A stretch of 52,770 nt of DNA, taken from NCBI GenBank assembly GCA_017431625.1, contig JAFRKQ010000031.1:1-52770 (forward strand), in the 5' to 3' direction. The DNA is from a bacterium. Its GTDB lineage: Bacteria > Patescibacteriota > Microgenomatia > UBA1400 > PJMF01. Numbering within the stretch: position 1 is the stretch's first letter; each line of letters starts with the position of its first letter. Positions 40,344 through 47,699 of this stretch are shown here, one piece after another. The notes under the pieces are model-generated. The model had not been told where the DNA came from and searched no databases. It saw nothing but the letters and a program-made list of their open reading frames with translations. Both the position numbers and the translations under genes were made by a program.

Positions 40344-40619
40344 ATGACTGACGCCATCAAAATGGACGAAAATGCCCTCAAAATCAAGAAATCGGGTTCA
40401 GCAGCGGAGGCCGCCAAACTTGATATCAACAACCTCCCCGATTTACTCACCGTCAAGGAAGTAGCCACGCTCTTGCGGGTTTCACCTTTGACAGTCAAGC
40501 GCTGGGGGGCGCGCGGCAAATTACCCGCTATTCGCATCAATTCTCGCGGTGATCGCCGCTACAAAAAAGAGGCTGTCATGTGGCTTTTGGGTATTGATCC
40601 TGAGGAGCGTGACGAATAA
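40344..40619 (+). CDS. MerR-like/excisionase-type HTH protein (BldC-like)
   Basis: LLTVKEVATLLRVSPLTVKRWGARGKLPAIRINSRGDRRY; strong SD GGAAGG. Confidence 0.88.
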   Translation: MTDAIKMDENALKIKKSGSAAEAAKLDINNLPDLLTVKEVATLLRVSPLTVKRWGARGKLPAIRINSRGDRRYKKEAVMWLLGIDPEERDE

Positions 40620-40643
40620 AAGACACCTTTTCTTATTCATGTT

Positions 40644-41396
40644 TCACTGGTCAATGGTCCGCCACTGGCCAGTGATTTTTTTGTAGACAAAAACCGGCAA
40701 AGCCAGTTGTCGGCGCCAACGGTGAGGCTCTTGCCACAAGCGATACAGCCACTCAAGATGAAATTTTTGCCAGAGAGTGGGAGCGCGCCGCAATCGACCA
40801 GTCAAAAAGTCAAAACTGCCGCCCACAGCCATAGCTAGACGCACTCGTGATTGGCGCAAAAGCTCACGATGATCAATTAACCACTGTTCTTGGGTGGGCG
40901 CGCCCAAAGCCACCAAGACAATTTCTGGCCGCAGATGGGCAATTAAAGCCCGAATCGCCTGCTCTTCTTGATCAGTCGGTTGGCGTGCTTGTTGGTAGCC
41001 AGGGGCATAAGCTAGATCGTAAGTCTGGCCGTTGGCGACAACACGCAAGCGTCCGTCTGGCGCTTGGTAGCGACCGCCCACGAGCAAAATTTTAAGATTT
41101 TGCTTGTGGGCAAGCGCCAAAAGCGCCAAACAAGTATCGGCTCCCGTCAGGCGCGCGGCCGCACCGCTGGCCCAGACGAGGCCCTGCCCGTCTGGGAGCA
41201 GGTAGTCGGCCGCGCGCAGGCAGTCATGAAAAGCCTCATCGCGCGCCGCCAAGACAATTTGCTCTGGATTGGGTGTCATTATGATGGTAGTCGACGCTGA
41301 TTGACGCGCCAAAAGTACGTGTAGCAACTCACCCCACTCTTGCCAGCTGACATCCACCAGTCGCAAATCCCAAAAGGCTTTAGTTTTGATTGACAT
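40644..41396 (-). CDS. WecB/TagA/CpsF family glycosyltransferase
   Basis: TPNPE, LPDGQG, RLTGAD, VALGAPTQE, VGGSFDF, RAP..Q..LEWLYRL.QEP.RWRRQ. Confidence 0.93.
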   Translation of the reverse strand: MSIKTKAFWDLRLVDVSWQEWGELLHVLLARQSASTTIIMTPNPEQIVLAARDEAFHDCLRAADYLLPDGQGLVWASGAAARLTGADTCLALLALAHKQNLKILLVGGRYQAPDGRLRVVANGQTYDLAYAPGYQQARQPTDQEEQAIRALIAHLRPEIVLVALGAPTQEQWLIDHRELLRQSRVRLAMAVGGSFDFLTGRLRRAPTLWQKFHLEWLYRLWQEPHRWRRQLALPVFVYKKITGQWRTIDQ

Positions 41397-41424
41397 AAGA
41401 GGTATTATACCACGGCCCGCAAAT

Positions 41425-41622
41425 CACTACTTTTTGGCACGAGTTTTTGCGCAAAAACACTATTTTTCCATAGGAGTTTTGTGGCAAATTCACTACTTTT
41501 TGGTAGGAGTTTTTGGAGTAAAACACTATTTTTCCATAGGAGTTTGTTGACAAAAATGCATCAAATTGTCAGCAGTTTTGATAGCAATATTCATCAAATT
41601 AGCAGGAGTTGGTCAAATTAAA
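41425..41622. repeat. 33-bp tandem array (6 units), left flank of the AAA ATPase gene
   Basis: Units at 41425, 41458, 41491, 41524 (CACTAYTTTT..YAGGAGTTT) and divergent units at 41557, 41590. Confidence 0.9.
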
Positions 41623-41624
41623 GG

Positions 41625-42944
41625 CTATTCGCCTGGAAAAGCATCATGATTTTTGAGCATAAAGGCGGCATACAAGGGCACAGCCTTGACACCATTTTCC
41701 AGACCAAAATTGCGCGCGGAGACACGGATGGAATACCTTGGCTGGTATTTTTCCCGATATACCCGTAAACTTTTGGACTGTTTATTACTTGATGCTTTGA
41801 CCTCCACGGGCACAATTTCGTCACCCCAAGTCAAGAGAAAATCTATCTCGGCGGTGTTATTGGACTTCCAGTAGTGCAAAGGCACGCCATTGGCGACCAG
41901 ATGTTGAGCGACATAGTTTTCGGCCAGAGCGCCTTTAGCCAAAAAATCCCGATCCAGCATGATGTCTTGGATTGGCACTTCAACCAGCGTGGACAACAAG
42001 CCTGTATCACTCAAATATAGCTTAAAAATATTGTTCTGTCGAAAAAACTTTAGCGGTCTTTTGACATTATTAACTAAAAAACATTGATATATCAAATTGC
42101 TAGACGCCAACCAATCAACAGCTGAGTATAATTCTCGCTTCCCTGCGCCCGCCTTTACTTGTCGATACTGAAAACGTTTGAGCTCGCTCGCCAACATTGA
42201 GGGAATTGCTTGATATACGCTTTCAATCCAGACCGACTCAGCCTTACTAGTGACAAATTTGTTCATATCTGACAAATATTGTTGAATCAAAGATTGGGAA
42301 AAGTGATTATTAAAGGCCATAATATCCTTGTCAGCAGCAATAAAATCATTTACTGCCTCTGGCATACCGCCAACCAATAAATATTCATGATACAACCGCA
42401 TTAATTTGTCATGAACCACACACTTTTGATTGGCAACAAAACAACGATGTATTTCCTCTGACCACATAGAATGATCGAGTGCCCACAAAAACTCTTCAAA
42501 ATCCAACGGATACATCTGGTAAATATCTACCTTCCCTACCGGAAATGACTTATTAAAATTCCTCAATTTGACACCAAGAAGGCTACCGGCACATAAAACC
42601 CGATACTTAGGCAACATTTCATCAAAATATTTTAATGAAATTATTGCTTGATCTGACTCTTGAATTTCATCCAAAAAAATTACCGTTTTCCCCGGAAGGA
42701 TGCGATGCTGACTTTCCAGCGAAAGTTCTTTTATTTTATCCTCAAATGACATTTTGCTCTCAAAAATATCACGAACTCTTTCTTGTTTCATCAAGTTAAA
42801 ATACACATAATCATTGAAGTACTCACGGCAATATTGCGTGAGTAAATAAGTCTTGCCCACCTGGCGCACACCAATAACCATTAGTGGTTTAGCGTTATTT
42901 TGATGTCGCCAATTTTCTAGTACTCGATAAAATTTTCTCTTCAT
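41625..42944 (-). CDS. AAA+ ATPase (AAA_14-like) with DUF4143 and C-terminal PD-(D/E)XK-like domain
   Basis: Walker A GVRQVGKT, Walker B IFLDEIQ, GGMPE, KLYLSDTGLL, EIDF...PVEVK. Confidence 0.92.
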   Translation of the reverse strand: MKRKFYRVLENWRHQNNAKPLMVIGVRQVGKTYLLTQYCREYFNDYVYFNLMKQERVRDIFESKMSFEDKIKELSLESQHRILPGKTVIFLDEIQESDQAIISLKYFDEMLPKYRVLCAGSLLGVKLRNFNKSFPVGKVDIYQMYPLDFEEFLWALDHSMWSEEIHRCFVANQKCVVHDKLMRLYHEYLLVGGMPEAVNDFIAADKDIMAFNNHFSQSLIQQYLSDMNKFVTSKAESVWIESVYQAIPSMLASELKRFQYRQVKAGAGKRELYSAVDWLASSNLIYQCFLVNNVKRPLKFFRQNNIFKLYLSDTGLLSTLVEVPIQDIMLDRDFLAKGALAENYVAQHLVANGVPLHYWKSNNTAEIDFLLTWGDEIVPVEVKASSNKQSKSLRVYREKYQPRYSIRVSARNFGLENGVKAVPLYAAFMLKNHDAFPGE

Positions 42945-42966
42945 AATCGATATTATACAACAGATT

Positions 42967-43088
42967 CACTACTTTTTGGCACGAGTTTTTTGGTGAAAAC
43001 ACTACTTTTTGGTAGGAGTTTTTTGAGTAAAACACTACTTTTCCATAGGAGTTTTTTGACAAAAATGCATCAAATTGGTAGAAATTTT
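42967..43088. repeat. 33-bp tandem array (~4 units), right flank of the AAA ATPase gene
   Basis: Units at 42967, 43000, 43033, 43066; same orientation as the left array. Confidence 0.9.
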
Positions 43089-43190
43089 AATAATGGGTGT
43101 AATTATATTGATAGATACAGGTTTTTAATATTTGTTTACTTGTAGAAAAACTCCTACTTGCAGCTGGCAAAAATGTGGTATAATAGACAA

Positions 43191-43439
43191 CGAAACCAAC
43201 AATAATTAGTTGCAGAAGGGAGAAGCTGAGAGATAAGGATGAAGTTGCCAAACCAATAAAAACATAGTTTAGATGGGAATCGAATGCAAAAAGAAGCGGG
43301 GGACGCAATTTGGCTCTTAGCAAAGCATTTGATTTAGGTAGCCTTATAGGCTTCTCTTCAGACTAGTTTTGTTGGTTTCGGGTCAGAAAGTCGCCCGTTT
43401 CTTTTTGCCTCAAACCGCTTGCAACCACAGAAAGGTGCT
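43191..43439 (+). ncRNA. Putative structured 5' leader RNA of cassette C (~250 nt)
   Basis: Arms 43191-43238 / 43342-43380 pair with G-U wobbles and start 6 nt after TATAAT (43179-43184); second pairing ~43287-43303 with 43392-43409. Confidence 0.6.
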
Positions 43440-44417
43440 ATGACGAACTGGTCACGATGGCTTATCTTTTTGGTAATGCTAACAACATATGTCTCTCCCA
43501 TCTGCATGAAAATAGGCGCGCACAGTGTCATCCACGCTGCCAAGGGCAACACATCCATGAAGCTCAAAGATGTGGCGCTGGGCAAAGTGGTACAGGTGGG
43601 AGAACTCAAATTCGTCAAGGTAGGAGATAATCAATATTTGGCCACCAATACATGTCCGCCTGGAAAAATGCTCGCTCCATTAGCTCACGATTGTGTAACG
43701 ATTCAGGAGTATGGTTGTAGCCAGCCAATTGGTACCATGCAAACTTGGAATGGTTGTACTAGCGCGAGTACACCAACAGGCACTAATTATTCCCTAGATA
43801 TCTGTCTAATGGATGAGCGCGACGGCAAGACTTATCAAGTGCGCAAATTTGCCGATGGTCATTGCTGGATGGTAACTAATTTAGCCTATGGACCTGGGTG
43901 TCAAAAAACCTCATTTAATAAAAGCAATGTAAGTCAAGTAGATGTAGTTGGCCCTGGACTTTATGGTGAATGTCGTTGGGATGAAACCAAGTCACTCAGC
44001 CTTACCTATAAATATGGCTATATGTACAATTGGCAAGCGCTGATACAAGATCCTCAAGCTTATTATGGTAATAATTATCAGCCATCAGAACCAGTACAAG
44101 GCATTTGCCCACATGGCTGGCATGTACCGCGAGGCAATACTAACAGCGAATATAAAGCTTTATATGAAGCTATTGGTCAACAAATATCATTCTTCTCTAC
44201 CGGTGGCAATTTTTTAATCGCTTTAGCCGGTCAAATTAGAGACACTAATGGGAACATTATAAGTCAAGACGCAAATGTTCAATTGTTCACTTCTACTCAG
44301 GGCAGTGGTAATAAAACCAATGCTGCTTATTATTGGTGGTTGCCACAAAGAAATTATGAATACTTAGACGATGGTAAATATTTTGGCGGTGCCCTGCGTT
44401 GTATTCAGGATTATTAA
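43440..44417 (+). CDS. Secreted FISUMP (Fib_succ_major) domain protein (cassette C)
   Basis: Shared AAKGN..FVKVGDNQY module; DERDGKTY, CWMVTNL, YGYMYNW, GICPHGWHVP, ALRCI; SD GAAAGG. Confidence 0.88.
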   Translation: MTNWSRWLIFLVMLTTYVSPICMKIGAHSVIHAAKGNTSMKLKDVALGKVVQVGELKFVKVGDNQYLATNTCPPGKMLAPLAHDCVTIQEYGCSQPIGTMQTWNGCTSASTPTGTNYSLDICLMDERDGKTYQVRKFADGHCWMVTNLAYGPGCQKTSFNKSNVSQVDVVGPGLYGECRWDETKSLSLTYKYGYMYNWQALIQDPQAYYGNNYQPSEPVQGICPHGWHVPRGNTNSEYKALYEAIGQQISFFSTGGNFLIALAGQIRDTNGNIISQDANVQLFTSTQGSGNKTNAAYYWWLPQRNYEYLDDGKYFGGALRCIQDY

Positions 44418-44488
44418 CTTTGCAGTCTAACAACTTTTCTTATTTCGTTTCGTTCGCTCCCACACTCAGGTGTAGGAGCGAAAATTTT
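44418..44488 (+). terminator. Conserved cassette 3' trailer and hairpin (copy C)
   Basis: CTTTGCAGTCT..TTTCTTATTTCGTTTCG then TTCGCTCC..GGAGCGAA hairpin. Confidence 0.75.
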
Positions 44489-44522
44489 ATTGTATAAATT
44501 TCTGTACATATTTTTTGATCAG

Positions 44523-44542
44523 TGTTTAACAAATGTTAAACG
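44523..44542. repeat. 11-bp-phased TGTTWAACA array (2 units)
   Basis: Units at 44523 and 44534 after TCAG. Confidence 0.7.
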
Positions 44543-44695
44543 TTTTTATCATATTTTAAGATACAAACAAAATACAAAAATAAAAAATTATTGATCTAAA
44601 ATCTGTACACAAAATTTACTCAATAGCCTTCATCACCCGAAAGTTTAGATAAGATTTATTTTCGGGTTCTTTACAGGTGTGGTATAATAATACAG

Positions 44696-46261
44696 ATGCC
44701 AAAAAAAGCCAAATATACGAGTGAACAGCTACGAGCCCAATACCCCATCTTCACTTATCTTAAGTATAACTGGCAATTGATTGATCATGATGACGGCCAG
44801 TGCGACCTTGAACTTACTTTTGTTTACACTCTGGGAGACAGTTATACTTTTACACATCACGTTACCTTATACCAGGTGGAGCGCCAGCATCTTGAAAGGC
44901 AGCAAGCAGGATTAATAGACAATCTCGCCTTTCATCTCGGGATTGTGGAAGGATTTTCTTACTGGAAACTAACAGCTTCACCTCAGTATGTTATCGCCGC
45001 TGGCAGCCTGAGCTCAAGACAACTGCAATACTGGCATGAATGGCTCATCAATGGCATGAGTGAATACTTTTATGTCAATCAAATTGATTTCACCGCTCCG
45101 GATTTTGTGACTATCACGAATGCTCAACCAAAGCCAGAGGAACGTGGCTGGACCACCTATCATTTGCGTCCTTCACATCAAGGCAGACACAGTCTGGTCA
45201 ATCTTGGCGGCGGTAAGGACTCGGCAGTGATGCTCGATTTACTAGGAAAAGCCGGCGAAAAATGTGGTGCTTTCATTATTGCCCCCAATTCGCCCGCCGC
45301 CGAGACTCAAGCGACCTTAGCATCCTTACCAATTCATCGTGCTCGACGAGTATTTGATCCTCAATTGCGACAACTTAACGATCAAGGATTTCTCAATGGT
45401 CACGTACCCTTTAGCGCCAGCGTCGCTTTTATCGACTTACTAGCAATGGTGGCTTACGACTATAATTACGCCCTTGTGGGCAATGAGGCTAGTGCCGATG
45501 AGGTGAGTCTCACTTGGCTGGATCAACCAATCAATCATCAATATTCAAAGAGCACAAAATTTGAACGGTCATTTTTTGAATACCGTAGAGAATATTTGAT
45601 CAATAGAGTTGAATATTTCTCATTTTTACGTATTTTTAATGAGTTTCAGATTGCGCACATTTTTTGTTCAAACCCCAAATACTGGACAGTAACCCGCTCT
45701 TGCAATCGTGGCCAAAGGCAAAATATCTGGTGTCATCAGTGTGCTAAGTGTCTTTTCGTTTATTTGCTACTAGCTGCTCACTTGCCACTAAAAACTGTGG
45801 CTAGCGACATCTTTGACCACGATCTTTTGGACGACGAGCGGCTAGCACCACTATTAGAAGAGCTTTTGGGCCTGCGTCCTAGCAAGCCACTGGAATGTGT
45901 GGGTACGCGCGAAGAGTGTCAAGTGGCTTTTTACCTTGTGTACACAAAATGTGTACAAGAGTCTCAGCCATTACCAAAATTAATTGCTCGCTATTATAGG
46001 CAGATTTTACTACTGCACAATGATTGGCTCTCTTTAGTAGACAAATTGTATACATTTTTTAACTACCAGGCTTTTAAGCAATCAGAAATGGCCCAGTTGC
46101 GCACCGTCCCAGCACCGTGCCATTTTCTTATGGCTGATTGGGCCGTACCTATCGTCTTAGCCGCACACGAACAAGTGCTGCACGACTCCTACGAAATCTT
46201 GAAAAATCTATATGAAGAACAATTACCAAAAGTCAAGAGTAAAAAGGACGGGGACGTATGA
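44696..46261 (+). CDS. murL: UDP-MurNAc-L-Ala-L-Glu epimerase MurL
   Basis: SYWK, GGGKDS, NGHVPFS, NEASA, NHQYSKS, SCN..WC..C.KC, KPLECVG; ATGA-coupled to a MurD-type ligase. Confidence 0.8.
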   Translation: MPKKAKYTSEQLRAQYPIFTYLKYNWQLIDHDDGQCDLELTFVYTLGDSYTFTHHVTLYQVERQHLERQQAGLIDNLAFHLGIVEGFSYWKLTASPQYVIAAGSLSSRQLQYWHEWLINGMSEYFYVNQIDFTAPDFVTITNAQPKPEERGWTTYHLRPSHQGRHSLVNLGGGKDSAVMLDLLGKAGEKCGAFIIAPNSPAAETQATLASLPIHRARRVFDPQLRQLNDQGFLNGHVPFSASVAFIDLLAMVAYDYNYALVGNEASADEVSLTWLDQPINHQYSKSTKFERSFFEYRREYLINRVEYFSFLRIFNEFQIAHIFCSNPKYWTVTRSCNRGQRQNIWCHQCAKCLFVYLLLAAHLPLKTVASDIFDHDLLDDERLAPLLEELLGLRPSKPLECVGTREECQVAFYLVYTKCVQESQPLPKLIARYYRQILLLHNDWLSLVDKLYTFFNYQAFKQSEMAQLRTVPAPCHFLMADWAVPIVLAAHEQVLHDSYEILKNLYEEQLPKVKSKKDGDV

Positions 46262-47691
46262 GCGTTACATTCACCAAGACTCAACAAAAGCAACTAGCAA
46301 TACTCACCAACAAAAAAATTGTCATTTTGGGTGGCGGGCGTGAAGGCGTCTCCACCTATAAATTTTTGCGCTCAGTCTTCCCAGAAATGCTCTTGACTAT
46401 TGCCGATCGTAACGAAGACCTCATGGAGACTGACCCTTGGCGAGAAATCCTCACTAATGACGGTATGCTTCAGCATGTTTGCGGCCAGCACTATTTGCGT
46501 TGTTTGTCGCGTTTTGACACAGTCTTTAAGACTCCTGGTCTCCCCCTCTCCACCCCAGAAATTCAAGAGGCCATAGCCCAAAAGATCACTATCACTTCCA
46601 ATATGGAGTGGTTTTTTCGCCTCGCCCGCGGCCAGATTATTGGCATTACTGGCACCAAAGGCAAATCGACCACAAGCTCTTTAATTGCCCACGTCTTGCA
46701 GCAAGGCGGCCTGACGGCTTTTCTCCTGGGCAATATCGGCACCGCACCACTGTCATATGTCAGCCAGACCAATAGCAAAACTATCACGGTTCTCGAGATG
46801 TCAGCCCATCAACTCCAAGAGCTTCATGTCAGCCCCCATATCAGCGTGGTGCAAAATATCACCAGTGAGCACCTGGATTATTATCACTCGACCAGCGAGT
46901 ACGTGGAAGCCAAAACGTCCATTGTCCGCTATCAGAAAAAAACCGACACGATTATCTATTGTGATGAGTTTGACAACTCTCGCTACTTTGCCAGTCTCAC
47001 ACCCGCCCGCCGACTTACGTATGGGCTCAAAAACGGCTCCGGACATCGTGCCTTTATCCACGGCCACGGGCTCTTTTACTACGACCCACAAACAGGCCGT
47101 AGCGAGTCCGTCCTCAACTTACGCCTAACCAAATTACTCGGTCGACATAACTATTACAACATTATGCCTGCGGTCATTTTGGGTAAGTTATTTGGACTCA
47201 CAAATGAACAGATAAGTACAGCTATATATAGCTTTACACCTTTACGCCATCGTTTGGAATATGTCGCAACAGTAAATCACACCAATTACTACAATGATTC
47301 ACTTTCAACAACTCCAGAGGCGACCATTGCCGCCATCAAGACTTTCGCCAAGAAAAATATTCACCTAATTGCTGGTGGCTATGAAAGGCATCAGAATTAT
47401 ACAGCTCTAGCCACAACGATCCTAAAAAATCCAGTTCGATCAGTTATCCTCTTACCAGAGACTGGCCGTCGCCTACAACAGAATCTTCTTGAGATCGCTG
47501 AGCAAAAAAAGCTGGATTTGCCAACTATTCAATCTGTCTCTAATCTAGAAGAAGCAGTGGCTTTTGCCCAAAAAACCGCTCAGCCGGAAGACGTCGTCTT
47601 AATGAGTCCTGCGGCTGCTAGTTTTGGTCACTTCAAGGATTACGCTGAGCGTGGCGATCGCTTTTGTCAGCTTGTCAAAAATCTGTTATAA
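46258..47691 (+). CDS. murD: MurD-type ligase (MurD2, predicted L-Glu-adding given murL linkage)
   Basis: ITGTKGKSTTS, GNIG, EMSAHQL, EHLDY, HRLE, NDSLST, LIAGG, MSPAAASF..F..Y.ERG. Confidence 0.92.
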   Translation: MSVTFTKTQQKQLAILTNKKIVILGGGREGVSTYKFLRSVFPEMLLTIADRNEDLMETDPWREILTNDGMLQHVCGQHYLRCLSRFDTVFKTPGLPLSTPEIQEAIAQKITITSNMEWFFRLARGQIIGITGTKGKSTTSSLIAHVLQQGGLTAFLLGNIGTAPLSYVSQTNSKTITVLEMSAHQLQELHVSPHISVVQNITSEHLDYYHSTSEYVEAKTSIVRYQKKTDTIIYCDEFDNSRYFASLTPARRLTYGLKNGSGHRAFIHGHGLFYYDPQTGRSESVLNLRLTKLLGRHNYYNIMPAVILGKLFGLTNEQISTAIYSFTPLRHRLEYVATVNHTNYYNDSLSTTPEATIAAIKTFAKKNIHLIAGGYERHQNYTALATTILKNPVRSVILLPETGRRLQQNLLEIAEQKKLDLPTIQSVSNLEEAVAFAQKTAQPEDVVLMSPAAASFGHFKDYAERGDRFCQLVKNLL

Positions 47692-47699
47692 TACCAACT

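Noticed and set aside
41425-43088. CRISPR array
   Set aside because: The 33-bp units abut each other with no unique spacers, and no cas genes are in the window.
9881-44542. Integron attC/attI sites (GTTAAAC, GTTAGAC and GTTGAAC fit GTTRRRY)
   Set aside because: Units are 11-bp tandem rather than long attC hairpins, flanking genes have their own promoters and include essential genes, and no IntI is present.
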